Source: Candidatus Latescibacterota bacterium
Lineage (GTDB): Bacteria; Latescibacterota; UBA2968
DNA length: 64,000 bases
Assembly (NCBI GenBank): GCA_022821275.1
Contig: JAJEDY010000033.1
Coordinates: forward strand, 82,780-146,779
Direction of reading: 5' to 3'
Positions 40,914-49,312 of the stretch are shown here, in pieces. The position numbers were made by a program, and so were the translations under genes. The notes under the pieces were generated by a model. The model saw only the letters and a list, made by a program, of their open reading frames with translations, was not told where the DNA came from and did no database searches. Within the stretch, counting starts at the first letter, position 1, and each line of letters opens with the position of its first letter.

Positions 40914-41984
40914 ATGAGCAATATCATCGCTTTTATTGGTACCTATACTCGCACTGGCAGCAAAGGTATTTACGTTCACCGATTCAATACCGAGACCGGT
41001 GAACTCACTCCGGCTAATAGCATCGAGAGTGAGAATCCGACATTTCTCGCCATTCATCCCAATGGGCGATTTCTCTATGCGGTCAATGAGATCAGTGAAT
41101 ACAATGGCGAGAGCGCGGGGGCGATTAGCGCTTATGCCATTGATGCAGAGGCTGCAGATCTCGCGTTTATCAACCGGCAATCGACAATAGGCACGGGTCC
41201 CTGTCATTTGAATATCGACGCGACGGGTCGCTATGCTGTGGTGGCAAATTACGGTGGGGGTAGTACCTGTATTTTGCCTCTTGGGGAAGACGGTGCGTTG
41301 GGCGAAGCGTCGGATTTTATTCAGCACGAGGGCAGTAGTGTCAATCCGCAACGGCAGCAGGGTCCCCACGCCCATTCTGCGAATATTTCACCGGATAATA
41401 AACGCGTTTATGTTGCCGATCTCGGTTTGGACAAGGTGTTGATTTTTGAGCTCGATCTCGAAAACGGCAAACTCGTTGCGAATGACCCGCCATCTGTCTC
41501 TGTTGCGCCCGGTGAGGGACCGCGCCATTTTGCTTTTCACCCCGGGGGACAATACGCCTATCTGATCAATGAGATCGGAAATACTGTCAATGCGTACGCC
41601 TATGATGCAGAGACCGGCGCGTTGACCGAGTTGCAATCTATCGCCACATTGCCCGGGGATTTTTCAGATACGAGCCATACGGCGGATATTCACGTTTCAT
41701 CCGATGGAAAGTTTGTGTATGGGTCAAATCGCGGTCACGATAGTGTCGCCATTTTTGCGGTTGACGAGTCCAGCGGTCACTTGACGCCGGTCGATATTCA
41801 CTCCACTGGCGGAGAGACGCCTCGCAATATCGCGCTTTCGCCCGATGGCAATTACTTGCTCGCGGAGAATCAAAGTAGCGATACAATTGTTTCTTTCGCC
41901 ATCGACCGCGAGACCGGAAAATTGACAGAGACAGGACATGTCGTGGAAGTGCCCATGCCCGTTTGCCTGAAGTTTTTGGCGTAG
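40914..41984 (+). CDS. 7-bladed beta-propeller lactonase (6-phosphogluconolactonase / carboxy-muconate cyclase-like)
   Basis: Repeating blade pattern, and YVANYGGGS resembles the YbhE/Pgl family. Confidence 0.7.
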   Translation: MSNIIAFIGTYTRTGSKGIYVHRFNTETGELTPANSIESENPTFLAIHPNGRFLYAVNEISEYNGESAGAISAYAIDAEAADLAFINRQSTIGTGPCHLNIDATGRYAVVANYGGGSTCILPLGEDGALGEASDFIQHEGSSVNPQRQQGPHAHSANISPDNKRVYVADLGLDKVLIFELDLENGKLVANDPPSVSVAPGEGPRHFAFHPGGQYAYLINEIGNTVNAYAYDAETGALTELQSIATLPGDFSDTSHTADIHVSSDGKFVYGSNRGHDSVAIFAVDESSGHLTPVDIHSTGGETPRNIALSPDGNYLLAENQSSDTIVSFAIDRETGKLTETGHVVEVPMPVCLKFLA

Positions 41985-41999
41985 AAGGAGAGGTTTGCG

Positions 42000-43493
42000 A
42001 TGTCCAGTGATCGTCCCAATGTGCTTTTGATTATGACGGATCAGCAACCCGTATCGACTATCGGTTGTTATGGCAATTCGGTTGTCGAGACACCCGCGCA
42101 GGACCGCCTGGCACGAGAGGGTATGCGGTTTGACAATTTTTATATTGCGGCGTTTCCGTGTACGCCGTCTCGAGCGACGTATTTGACCGGGCGCTATACG
42201 CACAATCACGGGGTGATGACCAACAATGTGGAATTAGACGATGCGTTGCCGTCAATTGGCAATACATTTCGCGATGCGGGCTATCAAACCGCGTGGATTG
42301 GCAAGTGGCATTTGGGGGGGAATATGTATCGCGAGCTTACAGGACGCGGTCCGTTTGACGATTGCTGGGTGCAAAAGCGGGTAGATAGTACGCGGGATTT
42401 TGAGTTTGTACAGGTGGAAGGCGGCACAGGCGAGGATGAACCCCGCAGTGGATTTGATCACTGGGTTGGGGGATGGAAGCATTTCAAGGCGTATTTGCAG
42501 ACGACCAGTTTGCCCGATGAGGTTAAAAATGCGCCTCGCGTGGGCAATCACCAGGCAGCGCCGAGTGCGCCAGACCGGGAGCACAGTGTGAGTTTGTTGG
42601 GGGAGGATCACCACATGGCACACTTTTTTGCCGATGAGATGGTGTCGTTTCTCAATGCCAATCGGGACAATTCATTTTGTGCGGTGTTGTCTTTTTACGG
42701 ACCGCATTTGCCCGTCTGCCCGCCCGAGCCATGGGATTCGATGTACGATTTGGACGATGTACCCCTGCCCGATAATTACGATGCGCCATTGGAGGATAAG
42801 CCGCGTTTTCAATCGGGTCATGACCGCACTTATGTGCGCGATGTCTGGTCGAGAGATGAGGTTCGGGACTATATTCGGCGTTATTGGGGATATGTGAGTT
42901 ATATCGACGCACAAGTCGAGCGGGTGCTCAACGCGCTGGATGACAATGGTCAGGCGGAGAATACGATTGTGATGTTTGTTTCAGATCACGGCGATATGGT
43001 GGGTCAGTTTGGCATGGTGTATAAGCTGACGTATTGTGGCTACGATACGTTGATGAAGGTGCCGTGTTTGGTGCGGTGGCCCGGGCGGATTGAGGCGGGG
43101 TCTGTGAATACTTCACTGAATAGCAGTGTGGATGTGATGCCCACGCTGCTGGATCTGGCGGGTATGGATATTCCCGAGGGGGTGGATGGCGAGAGTATAG
43201 GCGGTGTTTTGAAGGGCGAGCGCGATGTTGCGCGAGAAGAGATTTTTACGGATTTGATGAATCGCGGTGTGATGCTCAGGCAGGGAACGTGGAAGTTTGT
43301 GTTGAATTGGAAGCCCTCAGATGGCGAGCGCGATTTGGACGAGCTTTACAATCTGGCGGAGGATTCTCTTGAGGAATACAATCTGGTGTATCGGGATCGC
43401 GCGCGTGCCGCATCGATGCGAGATCGCATTTTGAGTTGGTTAGAGGAGACGGGACATCCGTATGTAAATACTATCCGGGAACAGGCATTTTGA
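42000..43493 (+). CDS. Sulfatase (formylglycine-dependent)
   Basis: CTPSRATYLTGRY is the CxPxR FGly motif. The N-terminus LLIMTDQQ is typical of arylsulfatases. Confidence 0.85.
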   Translation: MSSDRPNVLLIMTDQQPVSTIGCYGNSVVETPAQDRLAREGMRFDNFYIAAFPCTPSRATYLTGRYTHNHGVMTNNVELDDALPSIGNTFRDAGYQTAWIGKWHLGGNMYRELTGRGPFDDCWVQKRVDSTRDFEFVQVEGGTGEDEPRSGFDHWVGGWKHFKAYLQTTSLPDEVKNAPRVGNHQAAPSAPDREHSVSLLGEDHHMAHFFADEMVSFLNANRDNSFCAVLSFYGPHLPVCPPEPWDSMYDLDDVPLPDNYDAPLEDKPRFQSGHDRTYVRDVWSRDEVRDYIRRYWGYVSYIDAQVERVLNALDDNGQAENTIVMFVSDHGDMVGQFGMVYKLTYCGYDTLMKVPCLVRWPGRIEAGSVNTSLNSSVDVMPTLLDLAGMDIPEGVDGESIGGVLKGERDVAREEIFTDLMNRGVMLRQGTWKFVLNWKPSDGERDLDELYNLAEDSLEEYNLVYRDRARAASMRDRILSWLEETGHPYVNTIREQAF

Positions 43494-43510
43494 GAGCCAT
43501 CTTGAATTGA

Positions 43511-43545
43511 AAAGGGTTGTCATCGCGCGATGGCGACCCTTTTTG
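43511..43545. terminator. Bidirectional rho-independent terminator (A-run, GC hairpin, T-run) between the convergent sulfatase and membrane-protein B genes
   Basis: AAAAGGGTTGTCATCGCG / CGCGATGGCGACCCTTTTT read directly. Confidence 0.5.
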
Positions 43546-43621
43546 GCGAATAGACGAATAGACGAACCCCACCCAACCACCTAACTACTATCGTTGATTC
43601 GTTGATTCGCTGATTCGTTCC

Positions 43622-45568
43622 TTACCACGAATGTACCATGTGACCGTTGCCGGGGAAGTAGATGTGATCTACGAGTGTGGAAAGGCCAACGCCGAGGGTG
43701 TAGCCGATTAAGAGGCCGATGAAGAAGGGTTGCAAATTGCGGTAGAGCCGAATGCCGCCGATGCGCAATACAATGGATTTGAATGCCCAGACGAGAAAGA
43801 CGGTGAAGGCTGTGACTCTGACGGGATAGACATATCCCACGGTGAATCCCACCGGATGGAGGGGCCACCACGCAAAGCGCAGGCGCATGAGGCTCAAAAA
43901 CAGGGTGCCGAGCGCGCCAGCAGCCAGAAATTGCCATTCAACGCGGCCAAAAGAGGTCGGTTCCGATGCCCAGGAGACGACGCGGTCAAACATGCGCTGG
44001 CTGTACCCGCCGAATACAAAGACGTGGCGGATGTTGGCGGCGCCGGTCGCGCCGTAACAGAGGTTGAGGGTGTAGATAATTGAGACGGCAAAACCGATGA
44101 CAAAGGCGAGCATTAAGGCCGCGACCATGCGATTGCGCGGCCAGCGAAATACGTCGTGAATTTTGGCGGTGTGAGTTAGAGATGGGAGGATGTATTCGCG
44201 GTGGCTTTCCACGCTGTTGGCCGATAGTGCCATGCCGACGTGGTCGGGGGTTTGCACGTTTGTGCCGAGCGCGGCAGCGGCGAGTTCCTGGGTTCGCAGT
44301 GGGGTTTCGACATATACGAGGCCAGTTTCTGCGACGATTTTGGCCAGGCCGATGAAGTAGATCAAGAGTAGGCCGAGTTGTATTGCAATGCCGAGTAGAG
44401 AAATGCCCAGCGCGTACATCCAGGCACTGGCATAGATGAGCGAGATGATCAGGCCGATCACTGCCGTGCGATAAGACAGGAGTTCGGTTTTGTCCTGTGC
44501 ATCGGGTTGCCAGAGTGCGCGGATGACGGTTCCAATATGTTGCCGCGCCATGAAGAGGCCAAACAGGGCAAATGCGATGAAGCCACCGACTTGCTGTAGC
44601 AATAGGCCGCTGCCAAAGTCTTTGCCCACTGTGATGCCAAAGCGGTTTAATGCGCCGATTTCGATGAGCGAGAGGATGTGGAATAGCCAGATGGAGAGCA
44701 GGACTTCGAGGTTGGTGAGATAGCCAAAGGCGGTCATGACAAAGTTGAATTTGATTTGTAGCGGAGGAAAGTCGTGTCCAAATGAGATGGCGGTACGGTA
44801 TGTGGGACCAATGGGTATGATTGGGAGATTGTGCCAGAAGAGGGGTAGTATATTCCAGGATAAGATGAATAAGGCGATGCCAAATCCCGTCCAGAATAAT
44901 TTGTTTTTCAAAAAGCCGATTTGTCCCGATGCTGTATCCCGAATCATGAGTATGGGCAATTGCGCGAGGGGGAAGGTGATGCGTTCGTGTTCGACCCATT
45001 GTTTGCGCAAGATGACGGTGATGCACAAACAGGCGATGAATAGTGCGAAGAAGAATGTGAACCACCAGAAGAGCGGCACAGCCCAGACGTGATAGGGAGT
45101 GGAGAGATGCGCTGGCAATCCTTCCCACAAATTGGTGATGTCGCCCGCGCGATTGCTGGGTACAGCCCAGGGTTGGATGTGTTCGTGGGTAAATTCCGCC
45201 CATCGGTTTTCTGGCGTGGCTTTGTAATAGGGGCTGGCGAGTACGGCGATCAGGCGCCCGGCGACGTTTTTGGTGGGAAAAACGCTGCCTATAAATCCCA
45301 TGCAGAGGATGAGTCCCAATTCATGCGGGCGAAGCATCCAGTTCTCCCGGATTCTTTTGAGCAGGGGATTGATCAGGAAGATAAGGAGAAAGGGTAGCCA
45401 CAATGACATGGGCATGTGGCCGAGGGATACGCGGGATGCGCGAAGGCGATAGGTTGTGTCGGTGGCAAAATAGCAGATGACAAGGGTGAGGATCAGGCCG
45501 ACGATAATGGCGCGGGTGGTGATGTGTGACGTGGGTTCAGGCTGTGGCGCGGGATTGGGTACGCTCAT
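43622..45568 (-). CDS. Large polytopic membrane protein, unrecognised family (paralog B of 35396..37483)
   Basis: ILRKQWVEHERITFP and the C-terminal YFPGNGHMVHSW match paralog A. 648 aa. Confidence 0.65.
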   Translation of the reverse strand: MSVPNPAPQPEPTSHITTRAIIVGLILTLVICYFATDTTYRLRASRVSLGHMPMSLWLPFLLIFLINPLLKRIRENWMLRPHELGLILCMGFIGSVFPTKNVAGRLIAVLASPYYKATPENRWAEFTHEHIQPWAVPSNRAGDITNLWEGLPAHLSTPYHVWAVPLFWWFTFFFALFIACLCITVILRKQWVEHERITFPLAQLPILMIRDTASGQIGFLKNKLFWTGFGIALFILSWNILPLFWHNLPIIPIGPTYRTAISFGHDFPPLQIKFNFVMTAFGYLTNLEVLLSIWLFHILSLIEIGALNRFGITVGKDFGSGLLLQQVGGFIAFALFGLFMARQHIGTVIRALWQPDAQDKTELLSYRTAVIGLIISLIYASAWMYALGISLLGIAIQLGLLLIYFIGLAKIVAETGLVYVETPLRTQELAAAALGTNVQTPDHVGMALSANSVESHREYILPSLTHTAKIHDVFRWPRNRMVAALMLAFVIGFAVSIIYTLNLCYGATGAANIRHVFVFGGYSQRMFDRVVSWASEPTSFGRVEWQFLAAGALGTLFLSLMRLRFAWWPLHPVGFTVGYVYPVRVTAFTVFLVWAFKSIVLRIGGIRLYRNLQPFFIGLLIGYTLGVGLSTLVDHIYFPGNGHMVHSW

Positions 45569-45760
45569 AGGAAGTGTGAAGTGTGAAGGATAAAGTGTGA
45601 AGTAGGAAGTGTGAAGTGTTATCCGCAGATGAACGCAGATGAACGCAGATGAAAAACATCATTGAAAAGTGAAGGGTGAGATGAAGTACCAGCCTTTGGG
45701 GGGTTGGGCGGGGTCTTCTAACTTCTTCCTTCTAACTTCTTCCTTTTAATATACGGAGGG
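45569..45760. repeat. Intergenic cluster of short tandem repeats: GAAGTGT heptamer array, 3x CGCAGATGAA, 2x TTCTAACTTCTTCC
   Basis: Repeats read directly. The CGCAGATGAA units occupy 45625..45654. Confidence 0.6.
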
Positions 45761-45764
45761 CGTT

Positions 45765-46403
45765 ATGCCATTTCAAGTTTTTGACTATCGCAAGGATATT
45801 ACCAATATGCTGGTGACACCCCAGATTCGTTCGCGATTTTTGAAGATGGAGGTGGGGCAGTTTAATCAGAGTCATACGCACGATTTGGGGCACGAGATTT
45901 TTCTGATTTTGCAAGGGCAGGCAGAGTTTGATATCGAGGGGCACAAGGAGGTGTTGGGTCCCGGGCAGATGTGTATTGCTCTGACAGATGAGGCGCATAC
46001 GGTGCGCAATGTGGGCGATGATGAGGTGATTATGTATTTGTCAGTGACACCGCATATTTTGCCTACGCATACGTATTGGACGGCAGAGGGGGAGAAGGAG
46101 CCGCCGCGATTTGCGAATTCTTTTTCTTATGATCAGGCGCCGGATTTGAGCGTTGGTGCAGACGCAAGAGCAGATGAACATTTGCAATCTGTGGAAGATT
46201 TTGTCGCGTGCGTAGAGGAGACAGCAGAGACGCAACGCGCGCGGGTTGCGGCTTTCAAGAAGGCATTCGCAGAGGGCGATTCGGAAGCCGCATTCAAAGC
46301 GCGAGATGCGATGTGGGACGCACTGTATCCGATGTTTAAGGCCGTTCACGAGTTGGCTGGTGTGTGGAATGCTTTCGCACATCGGACGGTGGATGAAGAA
46401 TGA
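45765..46403 (+). CDS. Cupin-2 domain protein
   Basis: HTHDLGHEIFLILQGQAEFDIEG is the cupin motif 1 region. Confidence 0.6.
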   Translation: MPFQVFDYRKDITNMLVTPQIRSRFLKMEVGQFNQSHTHDLGHEIFLILQGQAEFDIEGHKEVLGPGQMCIALTDEAHTVRNVGDDEVIMYLSVTPHILPTHTYWTAEGEKEPPRFANSFSYDQAPDLSVGADARADEHLQSVEDFVACVEETAETQRARVAAFKKAFAEGDSEAAFKARDAMWDALYPMFKAVHELAGVWNAFAHRTVDEE

Positions 46404-46430
46404 AGGATGAAGTGTGAAGTAATTAATTGT

Positions 46431-46456
46431 AGGGGCGACCCCCTGTGGTCGCCCGC
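46431..46456. other. Perfect 8-bp GC stem-loop (GGGCGACC-CCCTGT-GGTCGCCC) between the cupin and isomerase genes, preceded by another GAAGTGTGAAG repeat copy
   Basis: Read directly. There is no U-tract, so it is probably not an intrinsic terminator. Confidence 0.3.
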
Positions 46457-46473
46457 TTACAGAAAGGACACAC

Positions 46474-47274
46474 ATGGGCAAATTTAGACTGGCTTGTCAT
46501 TTGATTCAGTTTCGGGGCGAGCAGCACGAAAATCCCGAGAAGGTGCTGGCAGAAGTGGCTGAGGCCGGGTGGGATGGGGTGGAGGGGTTGAAGATCGATA
46601 GTGGCGATGATCTGGTTGCTAAAGCCAATCTGGCGAGGAAGAATGGTTTGCATCTGGTCAATGTGGGGGGACCGAGCCCGCTCGACCGGGTTCGGTTCAA
46701 TATCGCTTTGGGCAATGATGCGGCAGAGGTGCCGTCGTGTCGTCGCGCGATGTGGGGTGGCGATGATCCGAGCGATGAAGATGTTGAAAATGCGGCTCGC
46801 TCGCTCGATGAGGTGCTGGCATATTGCAAGGCGCACAATGTGAAGGGTTTTCACCACGCGCATATGCGGACGTTGATTGAGACGGTTGAAGATGCCGAGA
46901 GATTGATGACGGCAGCGCCCGATTTGTGGTTGCTCTACGATACGGGACACATGCTGGCGGCGGGTAGCGATCCGATGCAGGTTTTTGAACGCGATGTGTT
47001 GCGGAATCGGATTGGACATGTGCATTTGAAGGATGTGCATGCCAATGATCCCGCATCATGGAATCACCGCACGGGGCAGTTTAATGAGGAAGCGCGATTT
47101 GCAGAACTCGGCGCGGGGAATATGGGGTTTGACGCACGCGCAGCGTTGGAGAAGTTGGAGGAAGTGGGTTACGATGGGTGGGTGTCAGTAGAACTCGACC
47201 GGCCCTATCCGCCCAAACCCCCGGCAGAGGCGGCAAAGTCCAATCTCGATTATCTGCGAAGCATAGGATATTGA
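46474..47274 (+). CDS. Sugar phosphate isomerase/epimerase (xylose-isomerase-like TIM barrel)
   Basis: 266 aa with AP-endonuclease-2/XylA-like TIM barrel composition, conserved Glu/His/Asp ligands, and an aaagga RBS. Confidence 0.7.
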   Translation: MGKFRLACHLIQFRGEQHENPEKVLAEVAEAGWDGVEGLKIDSGDDLVAKANLARKNGLHLVNVGGPSPLDRVRFNIALGNDAAEVPSCRRAMWGGDDPSDEDVENAARSLDEVLAYCKAHNVKGFHHAHMRTLIETVEDAERLMTAAPDLWLLYDTGHMLAAGSDPMQVFERDVLRNRIGHVHLKDVHANDPASWNHRTGQFNEEARFAELGAGNMGFDARAALEKLEEVGYDGWVSVELDRPYPPKPPAEAAKSNLDYLRSIGY

Positions 47275-47281
47275 CATGCGT

Positions 47282-48064
47282 CTATACGACGTTGGACAAT
47301 CCGCCGTCGAGGTTAATCGCCGTGCCTGTGATGAAAGAAGCGCATTCCGAAGTGAGAAAGGCGACAAGAGCACCAGCATCAGAGGGTTCACCTAAACGTC
47401 CCAGCGGATGTTCTTCAGCCCGCTCAGTCCAATAGTCCTGTAGAGTGCCAGGAGAACCTTCCGCTTTCCAGGCGCGTTCTCCCTGTGCGCTCTTGATAGA
47501 AGTCAAGCACACGGTGTTTACGAGGATATTGTAAGGCAATAGTTCCTTAGATAGCGCTTTGGTCATCGCTATTCCCGCTGCGCGGCTCACGGAGGTTGGA
47601 TAAGAAGCTGCGCCAGGCTGTTTGCCCCCCGGATGCGTGACGTTGATAATCCGTCCTCCGCCGATATGTTTCATGTGGGGGATGACCAGGCGTACGCAAC
47701 GTACAGCCCCCATCAGTTTCAGGTCTAAATCGGCATGCCAATCATCGTCGTCCAAGTCATCGAAGGCGCTCGCGGCTGACCGGCCGGCGTTGTTGACCAG
47801 GATGTCAATCCGTCCGAAATGCTGAACCGCTGTGTTGATGAAGTTTGTTAGTGTTTCCGGTTTGGTCACGTCAGCAGGGACAGCAAGAACATCACCATCA
47901 GTTGAGGTGCGAAGTTCTTCCGCTGCCTGCTGCAAGACATCATCGCGTCGCGCACAAATCGCGACCTTTGCGCCCTCTTCCAGGAACCGCAATGCGATTC
48001 CCCTGCCGATTCCCTCGCTGCCGCCCGTAATAACCGCAACTTTTCCCGTCAATCCAAGGTCCAT
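47282..48064 (-). CDS. SDR family oxidoreductase
   Basis: TGGSEGIGRGIA (TGxxxGIG), NNAG and the YxxxK region. Confidence 0.8.
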   Translation of the reverse strand: MDLGLTGKVAVITGGSEGIGRGIALRFLEEGAKVAICARRDDVLQQAAEELRTSTDGDVLAVPADVTKPETLTNFINTAVQHFGRIDILVNNAGRSAASAFDDLDDDDWHADLDLKLMGAVRCVRLVIPHMKHIGGGRIINVTHPGGKQPGAASYPTSVSRAAGIAMTKALSKELLPYNILVNTVCLTSIKSAQGERAWKAEGSPGTLQDYWTERAEEHPLGRLGEPSDAGALVAFLTSECASFITGTAINLDGGLSNVV

Positions 48065-48414
48065 ATCAATTCTCCTTATTTAATTGCTTTTAAAGAAAAT
48101 ACCCTTTTCCTTGGCAATGCGGAACCGTTTTTTGACTCTCTGTTCTTGTTCTGGGTTGGTGACGGGATATTCGTCAAAGATGTGACCGCGGCCTTCCATG
48201 CGGGGGGCGCCGTGTTGTTTAAGTGTTTTCTGAAGTTTCGGCAATGCAGAAGAGGATGTTTGGGCGTTGTGTCATTTTGATTTGTCCTGGAGATTTTTTG
48301 GTGGTTTTGGTGGATTTTGGTTGTATTATATACGACATTTGGAGAGCTTGTGCAAATATCGGAATATGCGAAGGTGACTACTCCCAACGCTGAATCAGTT
48401 GGGCTTCTTGGTGG

Positions 48415-49068
48415 TTACCCGATAAAATCATTCGGGCACATGCATTCCACCTGACGTTGTAGCCCCAACGTCAATATGTTTATCGCAGCGTTGTGGTCTC
48501 TGTCGAGAGACACCCCACACGCACATTCATGCCAGCGTTGGGAGAGTGGTTTTTTCTCTACAATACCACATCCTGAGCATGTCTGACTTGTGTATTTGGG
48601 GGTGACGGGTTTGAATCCAATACCAGCTTCTTCCGCTTTGTATTGGAGGCAATGCCGAAACATTGACCATGCCGCATCGCTTATGGATTTAGACAATCGA
48701 CGGTTCTGTTGCATGTCTTGAACATCGAGTTTCTCTGCCGCTCGGCAACCGTTGGAAAACTGCGGATACGTGATAGAATCATAGCGATTTTGACCTTTGT
48801 ATCTGGGAAAGCCTGCTTTCTCACCGGTCTTTGCTTTCTCTTTGAGACGGCGGAAGAACGCTTTGAATGCCAAATCAACACGTACCGCGACTTGTTGTAG
48901 GACTTGACTATAGACCTGGACAAAGCCATTGTGTTGGTGTTTCAGCACCGGCAACATCTTTTGCTGGTCATAGCAGGACAAGGACGCCTTGCTATTCTTA
49001 TAGGTTTGTACCCTGGATGCCACAAGTTGGTTGTATAGCAAGCGACATTCTTCAATATGCACCAGCAA
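48415..49068 (-). pseudogene. tnpB: IS200/IS605-family TnpB (OrfB) relic with in-frame internal deletion removing the WED/RuvC-I region; no tnpA present
   Basis: The N-terminal REC-like part (GFPRYKGQNRYDSITY) is joined directly to RuvC-II (LSKSISDAAWSMF...YKAEEAG), the zinc finger (CSGCG...CACG) and RuvC-III (RDHNAAINI). 217 aa versus about 400 aa for an intact TnpB. Confidence 0.65.
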
Positions 49069-49312
49069 GATTTTTCTTGCTTTCCCGTTGGCCGCAACCT
49101 GTATTTGAATGATTTAACCATATATAAAATATACACTTATATGGACTTTTTGTCAAGCGAAAGTAGCCCGTATTTGGCGACAAGGCAACGTCCATATACG
49201 CTAAAGCTATAACGGGAAGCCTATCGGCGCAATTCGACAGAAATGTCGCGAGGATTTTGACGTCCTTGCCCGGCGTCTCGAAGCCGCGGTAAACACCTGA
49301 ACGAGGTTTGAT

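Noticed and set aside
43986-45203. 405-aa ORF in an alternate frame of the membrane-protein B gene
   Set aside because: Arg/His/Pro-rich nonsense translation on the same strand as a strongly supported polytopic membrane protein. Out-of-frame artefact.
45569-45760. Possible CRISPR array suggested by dense repeats
   Set aside because: The units are 7-14 bp tandem repeats without unique spacers of 25-40 bp, so this is not a CRISPR architecture. No cas genes are present.
48076-48387. 103-aa minus-strand ORF downstream of the tnpB relic
   Set aside because: Low-complexity Asn/Thr/Lys-rich translation with no start context. The region is more plausibly the non-coding right end or omegaRNA remnant of the IS.
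48609-48621. tRNA-like T-loop sequence GGTTTGAATCC
   Set aside because: No flanking complementary T-stem or acceptor stem. It lies inside the tnpB coding frame, where it encodes GFKPV.
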